Virus record (IMG/VR): IMGVR_UViG_3300036770_002122
Coordinates: 29,198-93,197 of that record
Length of the DNA stretch: 64,000 bases
Source of the DNA: a virus
Direction: 5' to 3' (one strand)
The notes beneath the pieces are model-generated. The model was not told the DNA's origin. It did not search any database and saw only the letters and a program-made list of their open reading frames with translations. The position numbers were made by a program, and so were the translations under genes. This document shows, piece after piece, positions 9,930 through 20,400 of the stretch. Positions within the stretch are counted from its first letter, which is position 1. Each line of letters begins with the position of its first letter.

Positions 9930-9958
9930 AGTATAGCAAATACAGCATCAAATTACAA
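9930..9958 (-). promoter_or_regulatory. sigma70-type promoter for the Nudix gene
   Basis: TTGTAA-N17-TATACT with extended -10 TG, 9 nt before ATG. Confidence 0.55.
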
Positions 9959-11324
9959 TACTATAATCACCCTGATCGTACCAACCTTCATATGACTTCA
10001 TCCATTGACCTTCTTGATCAACATAACGATATTGGATATTAGTAGTTAGATTGGTTACATATTCTACATTAGTGCTTTCGCTAGCATCAAAACTTACAAC
10101 CCATTCTCCTGCGCTAGCATCATATTGTATAATATCATTTGCTTCAGCAACTAAATTACCCCAGGCTAATGTGGTATTACCTTCAGTTCCTATATTTTCG
10201 ACAATTAAATATCTACGACCATTAACTGGGCCCGGTAAACCTGCATTAGGACCACTTAGTTGTGGGTTGATAACACTATCTACTGGTTGAAGTGTATTTT
10301 GTGGTAATGTGTCTGGATCAATATTATAAATTAAAAGTCTATCGTCTACCGGATCAGGTACTATTGTACCAACTATGTCAGTTTCCATATATGGATTTTG
10401 TAACCATATTTGACTGATGCCGGGTTTCCACGCGCCGTATGCGTTTAATAAACTACTCCAATACAAATCAGTATTAGGAGGAGACGGATCATTAAGATCA
10501 GTATTGGGTGGGTAAAATGCTTCATTAGCAGGTAGTAACTGTAATTTATTACCTATCAATAATAACTTGTAACCAAAAGGACTAATTTTCTGTCTAGTAC
10601 CTAACAATAAATCTTCATCTTGTATATCTTGTAGTGCTGTGCCCTTATAAATGCTAGCAATAACTTTGTGAATAACACCCATCTTTTTAAGTTTAGCACT
10701 TGTACTAATCCATATAGGCATATAGAATTTCCAACTCAACACATCAATAGGATTACCTGTTCCAATTGGAATAGTTCTTGAACTAAATGTTAACCCATCT
10801 TGATATACAACTGTTAATGATGTCCAGTCAACAAAATTATCAGTACTTTGAATTTCTAAACTAGGGTTAAACAATGTACCCAATTGTTCAATTAATTCTA
10901 ATTTTTGATTATAATTTGTAGTCCAAAAATCTACTTGAAGTCTTAGTGTATAGGGTACCGGCATTAAACGTTCAATAGTAAATGCTTGCCCTTGTGTATT
11001 TTCATATGCTTCTGTTTCGTTATTATAAGAACGCTGTCTTACTTGTAACTTCTCAACGAAAAAAGGTTCCTGTGTTCGTTTTTGATCATACTCTAAACCT
11101 GTAATAAAGTACGTAATCATAGGCGCGCTGGGCAATGAACTTGGACTATTATTTTGAATAATAGTTTGTACTTGACGACTTTGATCACCGTACATGACAG
11201 GTACACGCACTAATATATCATTACCATTAGGATCCTTGCCTTTGGTTACATACCAATTACTAAAAATTTTCGCAAACTGCAATAAGAATCTGCGTATCTG
11301 GTTGTCATAAAAAAATTGTGCCAT
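9948..11324 (-). CDS. gp15: Tail sheath stabilizer/terminator (T4 gp15-like) with C-terminal extension
   Basis: FFYDNQIRR..QF, VRVPVMYGD, PVPY.L, LELIEQ...FNP. Confidence 0.8.
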   Translation of the reverse strand: MAQFFYDNQIRRFLLQFAKIFSNWYVTKGKDPNGNDILVRVPVMYGDQSRQVQTIIQNNSPSSLPSAPMITYFITGLEYDQKRTQEPFFVEKLQVRQRSYNNETEAYENTQGQAFTIERLMPVPYTLRLQVDFWTTNYNQKLELIEQLGTLFNPSLEIQSTDNFVDWTSLTVVYQDGLTFSSRTIPIGTGNPIDVLSWKFYMPIWISTSAKLKKMGVIHKVIASIYKGTALQDIQDEDLLLGTRQKISPFGYKLLLIGNKLQLLPANEAFYPPNTDLNDPSPPNTDLYWSSLLNAYGAWKPGISQIWLQNPYMETDIVGTIVPDPVDDRLLIYNIDPDTLPQNTLQPVDSVINPQLSGPNAGLPGPVNGRRYLIVENIGTEGNTTLAWGNLVAEANDIIQYDASAGEWVVSFDASESTNVEYVTNLTTNIQYRYVDQEGQWMKSYEGWYDQGDYSIVI

Positions 11325-11327
11325 GTG

Positions 11328-13052
11328 TTACTCTATTGGTGGTAAATTATCCGGCGCTATATCTAAAATACTTGATAGTGGCTGTGCAGAAGGTATTACT
11401 TTATTACTATTGTTAAAGTATATATCAGACTCATTGTTAATGAATCCCGAAAGTTGTGACTGATCTGTTGCCGTCATGCCTGTTTCTGTTCTTACATTTG
11501 TTGAAATGCGTACCCAAATTTGTCCGTCCCAGCGATATAATATTTGCGGCATATAATCTATGCGCAAGAAATAATCACCGACTTGAGGATTTTGTGGGAA
11601 TGCAATACCAGCACCGCTTGATAAACCATTTGGTGGAATAGCGTCACCTGTCAAATATCCTGCACTGTATCCAAAACTTCTAGGACTTGCGCGAGTGATA
11701 TATTGGAATGCAGGATCACAATCAGCGCGATAGTCCATTTGTGTGCTTACAGTTCCTGTAAATCCTGACTGTGTTGGATCTTGATCTGCTGTAGCATAGG
11801 TGTTATCTGCTGTACCATATGGTCCGGTAACAGGACCCATTGATTTCACAGTAAGATATTTGTCACCTTGTAATGCTCTAGTACCAGATCCTCCCTTAAG
11901 AACTTCTGGTTTGGTTTCTGCTACTTCTAAACTTGCCTGTATAAATTTATCAAACTTATCTGAAATATCACTATCAGCCGTCATATCCCAAATACTTTTA
12001 ATTGTTTCTTTACTAATTCGTAAACCTACGCTTGGATTTTTATATTTAGGATTGCGCATGTATACAACAGTGGCGTAACTTCCTGTTTGCGGTGCGCCAC
12101 CACTATATGTGACAACATTGATAGGTGGAGCAGGTTGGTCTAATTTGTCTGATAATACTCCATTGCTTTGATAGATGCCGTATGTAGGTACAACGTACAA
12201 GTCATTGTTGTTATAACCTGCTTTAGGTAATATACGTTTTGCTTCTTGTAATTGAGCATCGTTAATTTGTAAATTTTTATTATATGTTGAAAGAATATCT
12301 TTAAGATTTTGTTCGTCACTTAACTTCCAATATTCCTCATTAGGTGGATTGATACCTGCAGGTACTTCCTTGATACTTTCATAATTCTTATCACCGTAAC
12401 TAATAATATAGCCAGGTGGATAAACTTTATCTTTATCCCAATCTCCGAGATAATTGTCTTGGTTGATAGGTTCTTTAAGTATGTTACTAAACTCTTGACT
12501 ATCAACTAATGGTTCACACTTGATACGCCATAGATGTGGATACCAAGTTTGACTGAATCCTTCACTTGCAAAGTTTGCGTCTGTAATTTGATAGAATCTT
12601 TTTAATGCAACTGGTATAGTTTCATTTAATGGATTATAATCAAGCAAGTGCGGTAGTTCAAGAACGTCGCCCACCATCAATTTTCTACCAATAATATCGA
12701 TCATATCATTGTAGTGAACGGTTATGAATATAATGTCATTATTCAAGAATAAGCCAAACTGACTTAGATCGAAATCTAGGTTCTGCACGTTATAATGACC
12801 ACGCAAACGATAAATGTTCGGATCGTACTTGCGATCACGATTTTCTAAAAACAACAAATCTTGTATCTGTAGTGGATCTGGACTAATATATTGTGGCTGT
12901 GTATAATCCGGACTAGGTGTTTGTGCCACCGGACCTATATATTTGTGTATGTATAGATCCGTCCCGCCCACAGTAAATTGCTCTGATATTACTTTATCAA
13001 AGTACTTGTAATCATTTGATTTTGTAGGGTGATATAACGAAAGTTTGGGCAT
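11328..13052 (-). CDS. gp14: Neck protein (T4 gp14-like) with insertions (start revised from 13076)
   Basis: FDLSQFGLFLNND, RKLMVGDVLELPHL, LWRIKC; CTAAATA 5 nt before ATG 13052. Confidence 0.65.
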   Translation of the reverse strand: MPKLSLYHPTKSNDYKYFDKVISEQFTVGGTDLYIHKYIGPVAQTPSPDYTQPQYISPDPLQIQDLLFLENRDRKYDPNIYRLRGHYNVQNLDFDLSQFGLFLNNDIIFITVHYNDMIDIIGRKLMVGDVLELPHLLDYNPLNETIPVALKRFYQITDANFASEGFSQTWYPHLWRIKCEPLVDSQEFSNILKEPINQDNYLGDWDKDKVYPPGYIISYGDKNYESIKEVPAGINPPNEEYWKLSDEQNLKDILSTYNKNLQINDAQLQEAKRILPKAGYNNNDLYVVPTYGIYQSNGVLSDKLDQPAPPINVVTYSGGAPQTGSYATVVYMRNPKYKNPSVGLRISKETIKSIWDMTADSDISDKFDKFIQASLEVAETKPEVLKGGSGTRALQGDKYLTVKSMGPVTGPYGTADNTYATADQDPTQSGFTGTVSTQMDYRADCDPAFQYITRASPRSFGYSAGYLTGDAIPPNGLSSGAGIAFPQNPQVGDYFLRIDYMPQILYRWDGQIWVRISTNVRTETGMTATDQSQLSGFINNESDIYFNNSNKVIPSAQPLSSILDIAPDNLPPIE

Positions 13053-13090
13053 AGTTGTATTTAGTATAAAAATCAATGACTTACAAAGGA

Positions 13091-13119
13091 TTGACTTTAC
13101 CCTAGTATTTTGCTAGAAT
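13091..13119 (+). promoter_or_regulatory. sigma70-type early promoter
   Basis: TTGACT-N17-TAGAAT, divergent from the late promoter at 13058-13064. Confidence 0.8.
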
Positions 13120-13151
13120 ATATAAATCGATGACAATATCGGAGTCATTTT

Positions 13152-14279
13152 ATGAAGCAGAAATCAGAAATTAAAGAGTTGAAGCCCAAAGACTTTGACT
13201 TAAAGCACATTGGTCCTGAACCCAGTTTCAATAGTGAAACGGTTGTTACAGAATGGGAACTTGCTAGGGCGTTCAATTGGTATAATCACTTTTACGATAA
13301 CAAGGACGCTAAAGAATTCATTGCCCAATATCTAGATGTTGCGGGCAAGCAACAAACTGCCAAAACTATTCGTCGCGTCAATGATCGTCAGGTCAAAACT
13401 ACATATGGTTGGTTAGCACGTTGTATCGTTCGCGGCGGTGTTGTTAGTAATGACACTCTTGCTAAACTTCAGAACGAGATTGGTCGTCTTGTGTCGTTTG
13501 TCACAGTTGATACAAGTGATGATGAAGCCCCGGTAAGCAATCGCCCTAACGTGCAGGAGATCATGCGTGAGCGTACTCAGCAAGTTGGTGGTGAACTTGA
13601 GGGTTTGTGGGACGACTATCTAAAGAATGGTGCCGGTAAGGAAGGCATCAAGGCAATGGATGTGTTGTCTCAACGCAACATTTTGTCGCAGCACGTACCT
13701 ATGTTGGTCAGTGCTTGGCAATCTAAGTTGGATGAGTACAATGAAGTTGCTAGTGGCAAAGATGAACAGTTAAACGAAGCCTATGAGCGTTTCGGTAAGA
13801 TTCAATTGCGTAACATCATTAGTGCTATTGAAACTGTCATTGCCGATTTAAACGCATATATCGGTATGAAGAAATCAGGCAAGAAGCCCCGCGCTAAGAA
13901 GCCTGTACCGGTCGAGAAGGTTGTCAAGCGTCTCAAGTATCTCAAGACATTCAAGTTAGAGAAACTTGAACTTGAAAGTGTCAGCCCCACTAAACTTCAC
14001 GGTTGCAGTGAAGCATGGGTCTACGATACTAAGAAGCGCAAACTTCATCACTATGTTGCCGATGAGTACACTAAGAGCATTGGTGTCAAGGGCAATACTA
14101 TTCTTGGTTTCTGTACTAAGGAATCGCAGATCAAAACATTGCGTAAGCCTGAAGAACAGATCAAGCAGATTATGGGTAGCAAACCTGCTGCACGTAAATT
14201 CTTTGATGGTATCAAAGCAGTTGGTGCAGCACCTAACGGACGATTCAACGCTAACATGATTATACTGAGGGCTTTCTAA
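13152..14279 (+). CDS. Conserved T4-like hypothetical protein (basic)
   Basis: 375 aa; AFNWYN..YD.KD and C-terminal KTLRKPEEQ..PNGRFN. Confidence 0.75.
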   Translation: MKQKSEIKELKPKDFDLKHIGPEPSFNSETVVTEWELARAFNWYNHFYDNKDAKEFIAQYLDVAGKQQTAKTIRRVNDRQVKTTYGWLARCIVRGGVVSNDTLAKLQNEIGRLVSFVTVDTSDDEAPVSNRPNVQEIMRERTQQVGGELEGLWDDYLKNGAGKEGIKAMDVLSQRNILSQHVPMLVSAWQSKLDEYNEVASGKDEQLNEAYERFGKIQLRNIISAIETVIADLNAYIGMKKSGKKPRAKKPVPVEKVVKRLKYLKTFKLEKLELESVSPTKLHGCSEAWVYDTKKRKLHHYVADEYTKSIGVKGNTILGFCTKESQIKTLRKPEEQIKQIMGSKPAARKFFDGIKAVGAAPNGRFNANMIILRAF

Positions 14280-14479
14280 TGACTAGTAAATATGAATTCA
14301 ATCCCATTGAAGCAAGAATGGAAACTTTGATGACCATTATTGATACTGCTATTCTTTCAGCAAATGATAGTAATGATCAATTGATGTTAGCATGTGCTAT
14401 GCTTCAAAGAACGAGAGAAATTTTTGATGCTACATTAGGCGAAAATGGTCGCAAAGAAATGTTTAAGGAGTTAGTATGA
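14279..14479 (+). CDS. Hypothetical protein
   Basis: 66 aa, translationally coupled on both sides. Confidence 0.65.
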   Translation: MTSKYEFNPIEARMETLMTIIDTAILSANDSNDQLMLACAMLQRTREIFDATLGENGRKEMFKELV

Positions 14480-14928
14480 GTAACAATGTTGATTTGAATA
14501 AGTATAAGGATTTCGTTGAAGCAGTCACTAGTAAGGAGAGTCAGGACCTTACACTGTTCATGAATCGTCTTGATCGCCTAGATGCTAATTATGAATCATA
14601 TGGTGCAGATGGTGAGTACATGCATGGTCCAGATATCAATGTACCACTATTGCTTTGTGGTGCTATTGGACTAGGCAGTGAGACAGGTGAGTTTCAAGAA
14701 ATCGTAAAGAAGATGGTATTTCAGGGTAAGCCCCTGTCTGAAGAAACACGTTTTCACATGAAGAGGGAACTCGGTGATATCATGTGGTACTGGGTCAACG
14801 CCTGCAGGGCACTTGACCTAGATCCTAATGAAGTCGTTGCTGAGAATGTAAAGAAACTTGAAGCACGATATCCGGGCGGACAGTTTGACGTTTACTATAG
14901 CGAAAATCGTAAAGCAGGTGATTTGTAA
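14476..14928 (+). CDS. MazG-like NTP pyrophosphatase
   Basis: GLGSETGEFQEIVKK, RELGDIMWY, NVKKLEARYP. Confidence 0.88.
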   Translation: MSNNVDLNKYKDFVEAVTSKESQDLTLFMNRLDRLDANYESYGADGEYMHGPDINVPLLLCGAIGLGSETGEFQEIVKKMVFQGKPLSEETRFHMKRELGDIMWYWVNACRALDLDPNEVVAENVKKLEARYPGGQFDVYYSENRKAGDL

Positions 14929-15554
14929 TGGCTAACAAAAAGTATCCAAAAATTACAAAAGTTAGAGTAGCAGAACGTAGTTTTGATAAACTTGTAGGAC
15001 ATCAATTTCCTAACCATCTAAATGAAAATGATGACGGTGCATATGGAAAATATATTGATAGTCTTATTAAAGGTGAACTACGAATTATAGATCCAGGTAA
15101 TGGTAATCCTGACCTATCTGACTATGATATTGAATTAAAGTCTAAAAAAGATTCATCCAGTAGTAATTGGACTATTGCAAGTATGACTGCTAATGATATT
15201 ATCAATACCGATTATATTAATAGCCCAGTTTATCGTAAGTTACAAGCCCTGTTGTCAATTTCGCATGACACCACTAAAATTACTGATATCAATTTAACTT
15301 ATTTGGACAATGACGATGCGCAAGAACGTATTGCCGAATACTATGAAAGTGTAAGGGGTCAACTTACGCAATATGTAAATAAGCATGGGTTAAACTTTAG
15401 TGATTCGCAACAATTTAAAGAATTTTTAGGCGTATTAGAATATTCAAATAACGGTACAAATTTCAAATTTAGAATAAGACCCCCTAGATTACAAAATATG
15501 CTAAACATGTCAGCAAACGTTTCTATTAGAGATCAGTTTTTTGAGTTTACATAA
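14928..15554 (+). CDS. PD-(D/E)xK endonuclease, MutH/Sau3AI-like
   Basis: G..G.YI upstream, NPDLSDYDIELKSKK. Confidence 0.5.
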   Translation: MANKKYPKITKVRVAERSFDKLVGHQFPNHLNENDDGAYGKYIDSLIKGELRIIDPGNGNPDLSDYDIELKSKKDSSSSNWTIASMTANDIINTDYINSPVYRKLQALLSISHDTTKITDINLTYLDNDDAQERIAEYYESVRGQLTQYVNKHGLNFSDSQQFKEFLGVLEYSNNGTNFKFRIRPPRLQNMLNMSANVSIRDQFFEFT

Positions 15555-15593
15555 ATTTATATCCCGATAAATACATAATAATCGGAAATAGAT

Positions 15594-16379
15594 ATGTCAG
15601 CAGACCCATTATCAACACCAACTAATGCGAACTTACAGCAACTAAAAGAAACGATGTTCAACAACCTAAGATTACGCTTAGGTGGCGATATTGTTGATTT
15701 GGAATTAGATCCTCAGCATTATGAGGCTGCATATGATTATGCTATTAAGGTGTATCGTCAAAGGGCACAAAATGCTACTATTGAAAGTTATACTTTGATG
15801 ACAATTATTAAGAATGTTGACACTTATACTCTACCGGCAGAGTATATCAATGTTCGTGCCATTTTTCGCAGAACAGTTGGTCTTGAGACTGGTCCAAGTA
15901 GTACTAGTTTTGATCCATTTAGCAGTGCTATTCTCAATACATATCTATTGAACTATAACTACACAGGTGGCATGGCAACATATGATTTCTATGCCGGCTA
16001 TGTAGAATTGGCTGCTCGTATGTTCGGTGGCTATGTCACATATACATTTAATCCTGTTACTAAGGTATTGCGTGTTGTACGTGACTTCAAGGGCACAGGT
16101 GAGCGTGTACTAATTTGGGCAGATATGACTAGACCTGAAACTGAATTATTACAAGATCCGGGTGCTGGTGTTTGGATTGCTGACTTTATACTAGCACAAT
16201 TAAAAATTATTATCGGTGAAGCCCGTGAAAAATTTGGAACTATTGTGGGTCCAGGCGGCGGCACCACTCTGAATGGTGCTAATATGAAGGCAGAAGGTAA
16301 AGCAGATCAAGAAAGATTGCTAGAAGATTTGCGCCGTTATCAAGATTATAGTCAGCCATTAACTTGGATTCAGGGTTGA
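15594..16379 (+). CDS. gp13: Neck protein (T4 gp13-like)
   Basis: LRLGGDIVDLELD, AREKF..I.GPGGGTTLNG; late promoter 15567-15573. Confidence 0.85.
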   Translation: MSADPLSTPTNANLQQLKETMFNNLRLRLGGDIVDLELDPQHYEAAYDYAIKVYRQRAQNATIESYTLMTIIKNVDTYTLPAEYINVRAIFRRTVGLETGPSSTSFDPFSSAILNTYLLNYNYTGGMATYDFYAGYVELAARMFGGYVTYTFNPVTKVLRVVRDFKGTGERVLIWADMTRPETELLQDPGAGVWIADFILAQLKIIIGEAREKFGTIVGPGGGTTLNGANMKAEGKADQERLLEDLRRYQDYSQPLTWIQG

Positions 16380-16404
16380 TTTTAGTTTAAACATCTATTA
16401 TAAT
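16376..16404 (+). promoter_or_regulatory. sigma70-type promoter
   Basis: TTGATT-N17-TATAAT, 6 nt before ATG 16411. Confidence 0.7.
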
Positions 16405-16410
16405 TACACA

Positions 16411-17028
16411 ATGATCGTAGGAATTGCAGGCTTTATAGGTAGCGGCAAAGATACTATTGCCGATTATCTTATTACATTCAAAGGATTCAAGCGTATGAGT
16501 TACGCCGGTCCATTAAAAGATGCTGTAGCAAGTATCTTTGGTTGGGATCGTGAACTGCTTGAGGGTACAACAAAGTACAGCCGTGAATGGCGTGACATAG
16601 TTGATCCATGGTGGGCAGAACGTCTAGGTATCCCTAATCTCACCCCACGCTGGGTATTACAACAATGGGGTACAGAAGTAGGTCGTCGAGCATTCCATGA
16701 TGATATTTGGATCGCCAGTGTAGAAAATACCTTGCTCACAGCAAAAGACAACATCGTTATTAGCGACTGTCGTTTTCCTAACGAACTAAAGTCTATTAAA
16801 AGAATGGGCGGGCTAACAATCAGAGTAACCAGGGGTGCAAATCCACCCTGGTACGATGCAGCACTTGCCTATAATTTTGGCAATAAAAATAGTTTATCAG
16901 TACTACAGGAGCATAAAGTACATGCTAGTGAATACAGCAGTGTTGGTCTTGATTATGATTACTATGTTGATAACGGCGGCACAGTAGACGAATTACATCG
17001 TAAGATTGACTCAATAATCAACTTGTAA
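16411..17028 (+). CDS. Deoxynucleoside monophosphate kinase
   Basis: GFIGSGKDT, PR.VLQ.WGTEVGR, ISDCRFPNE, HASE. Confidence 0.92.
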   Translation: MIVGIAGFIGSGKDTIADYLITFKGFKRMSYAGPLKDAVASIFGWDRELLEGTTKYSREWRDIVDPWWAERLGIPNLTPRWVLQQWGTEVGRRAFHDDIWIASVENTLLTAKDNIVISDCRFPNELKSIKRMGGLTIRVTRGANPPWYDAALAYNFGNKNSLSVLQEHKVHASEYSSVGLDYDYYVDNGGTVDELHRKIDSIINL

Positions 17029-17358
17029 GTCCCCTCGTTTCCAAGTCACTTCTTTACGTTTTACAACCTCTACACAGTTTAAACAGATTGTTCTGAGGTT
17101 ACTAAAGTTTGTATTTTTAAGGTTTCCATCAATGTGGAATACCGTCATTTGTGTAGGATACAAACTTTTGAATCCACATATATCACATGTAGGTTTCTTT
17201 TTATAACCTGCTTTTTCCCAATTTGGTTTTGATGGGCGTTTTTTTACTTTTTTACCACCACACTCATTGCATATACTTCTATAATGGGTAACATCGTTTT
17301 TTACATAGTTTATAGCACAAAAATTCTTATTACACTCTTTACATATAGGCCTTATCAT
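17011..17358 (-). CDS. Zn-ribbon protein with degenerate HNH-like motif
   Basis: Four CxxC pairs; FHIDGNLKN...NLRTICLNC lacking the final His; GTAAATA 6 nt upstream. Confidence 0.65.
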   Translation of the reverse strand: MIRPICKECNKNFCAINYVKNDVTHYRSICNECGGKKVKKRPSKPNWEKAGYKKKPTCDICGFKSLYPTQMTVFHIDGNLKNTNFSNLRTICLNCVEVVKRKEVTWKRGDLQVDY

Positions 17359-17413
17359 AAAAACTATTTACTGCCTTCGAAGGTATGTTAATCCAATGTT
17401 TTTTATAATTTGC

Positions 17414-17421
17414 TATAAATA
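17414..17421 (+). promoter_or_regulatory. Late promoter TATAAATA of the tail operon
   Basis: Exact T4 late consensus, followed by agggt-tgtt-accct hairpin and RBS. Confidence 0.75.
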
Positions 17422-17476
17422 ATATTAAGCATTTAGGGTTGTTACCCTCAAAATATAACATATAGGAAAAACGAAC

Positions 17477-20400
17477 ATGGCATTAACATCACCTGGCGTA
17501 GAAGTTACAATCATTGACCAAAGTCAATATCTTCCAGCCCAAATCGGATCAGTTCCGCTAGTTGTATTCGCAACTGCGGCAAATAAAGCAAACGCTACTG
17601 AATCAGGGGTAGCAGTAGGTACAACCGCAGCAAATGCTGGTAAGTTATATCTAGTTACAAGTCAGCGCGACTTGGTATCATTATATGGTAAACCATTCTT
17701 TTATGAATCAACAAATGGTACACCAATTCAAGGCTATGAATTAAACGAATACGGTTTATTAGCAGCATATTCTGCACTAGGTGTAACAAATCGTGTTTAT
17801 TGCTTACGTGCTGATATTGATTTATCAAGCCTCGTAGGACAAGCAGGACGCCCAGTAGGTGAGCCAGAAGATGGCGCGTATTGGTTAGATACTACATTAA
17901 CTAACTGGGGCCTATATGAATTTAATGCAACAACAGGTCAATTTACTTTACAACAACCTTTAGTAATTACTGATCCTGAAAACGTAGTTGCAGGTTATCC
18001 AGCAGGATATCTAGGTGCAGTAGGAACTTATGCAGTAATCGCACTACAAACTACTGAAGTACCAACTGCAACAACAGCACAGCAATTCTTCTATAAGAAT
18101 AGTTATAACACATGGGTAGTAGTAGGTTCATGCGAATGGCATGAAAGCGTTGCTACTATAGTAGGTTCAAATTCTAATCCTACATTAACAGCAGGTCAAA
18201 CATTTACATTAACTATAGCAGATCAATTTACAAATCCTCAAACAGCAACAATTACTGTTCCTGGATTTGGTTCAAATACTGCTACTGGCGTAGCAAATGC
18301 TATCAATGCTTTAGGTTGGCAGAATTTAACTGCTGATGTAAATTCAGCAGGTCGCTTGCAGATTTTCACTCATGCATCTGTTGTAGTAGGTGCAGGAACA
18401 GGAACAGTACTATCTGATCTAGGTATCAGTGCAGGTACATATTATTCTCCAGCATTCTATTATGGAACATCTGCACAACAACCACTATGGCAAACAGGAC
18501 AGACTACTCCAAGACCAAGTGGTTCTGTATGGTTAAAGGTAGGCGCAGCAGGTAACGGCTTTAGCCCTATCATTTCAGAGTATGATGCAAGTGTTAATGC
18601 TTGGATCGCTAAAACTGTTTCATTAGCAACAGGTGATGCTGCAGCCATTGATGCACTAGACGCAACTGGTGGACAGGCTATACCAGCAGGCACAATATAT
18701 GGACAATATTCTTATAATAATGCATTTTCTCCAGATCATCCTGGTCCAATTTATTATTGGAAGCGTCTTGCTACAGGTCCTACAGTAGTTACTGGTACTA
18801 ATACAAGTCCAAACTTTAATGCAGGTCCATATGAAGCAACAGTATATGTAACTATTCCTAATAGCAGTTCATGGCAGGGTCCATACACTGTTTCATTAGC
18901 AGATAATACATTTGCTGAAGAGTTTGTAGAAGCATGGCAGTTAGCAAGTATTCCTTACACAACAGCCGAAGTAACTACAGAAGGTTCAATTCAAATTACA
19001 CATACATTAGGTGGTTCAATTAGTGTCAGTGACATTAATCTTGTAACTGGTTTATCTAATGGTTTACTAGAAGAAGCAGGATTTGTTGCAAATGTAACAG
19101 CAGGTTGCAAGCCAGGACTTCTTCAAGGCGATTTATTTGACGTTGCTCAAAGCAGCACAACTTCAATTGCCGGCGCCGGACTACAAATTCAAGTTTTAGT
19201 ATCACAACTTGATCAATATAGACTTGGACCAATTCTTTCAGGCGGTACAAACTATGTTGTAGGTGACATCGTTACTTTTGCTGGTACTGACATGGGTGGT
19301 ACAACTGATAATAACTTAGAAGTTGTAGTAACTAGTGTAGGTGCTGGCGGTGAAGTACTAGGTATAGTATTAGCAACAAATGGTGGTAATCAACCAGCAT
19401 ACAAATATTCAGTTATGTTAAGTAACTGGGTAGAATTTGATTATACTGCTAACGAAGGTGCACCAACAGAAACACCAGCAAATAATACTAACTGGTACTA
19501 TAGTGTAACAAATGAAGTTGACATTATGGTCAACACACAATCAGGTTGGAAGGGTTATCGCAACGTAAACTTTGATAATAATGCTTTCCCACTACCAAGC
19601 GGTACAAATACAACTGATCCAAACGGTCCAATCGTAAGCGCAAGCATGCCAGAAACACAGAGTGATGGCACAGCACTTGCTTATGGTGATTTATGGGTTG
19701 ATACTAGTGCAGAGGCATTAGAAAACTATCCAGTAATCAGCCGTTGGCAAGAAGTTGATGGTGAAGATCAATGGGTATTAATTGATAATTCAGATCAAAC
19801 TAGTTCATCAGGCATCGTATTTGCCGATGCACGTTGGTCAAGTAATCAAAATACAATTAACCCAGCAAACGATCCTATCCCAACAATCAAGTCATTGTTA
19901 ACAAGCAATAATCTTGACATAGATGCACCAGCATCTAACTTGTATCCAATTGGATGCTTATTGTTTAATACTCGTCGTAGTGGAAATAACGTAAAACAAT
20001 ACAGAACTAATTATTTTAATACTGTATCTTTCCCAGACGAAACAATACCAACAATTCGTAGCACATGGGTAACAGTAAGTGGATTGCAAACAAATGGTGC
20101 TCCTTATATGGGTCGTAAGGCTCAAAGAGCAATGGTTGTTGAAGCACTACGTAGTGTATTAGCAACTAATACAGCAATTCGTGACGAAGATAACTTCTTC
20201 AATTTAATGGCTACACCAAATTATCCTGAGTGTCAGCCTAACATGATTGAAGTTAACGGTGCTCGCGGCGAAACTTGCTACATTCTAGGTGACACTCCAA
20301 TGCGTCTACCAGAAAGTGCAACTGCAATTCAAGCATGGGCAACTAATGCAGCAGGTGCAGCAAGCACAGGTGAAGATGGATTAGTAACTCGTAATACTTA

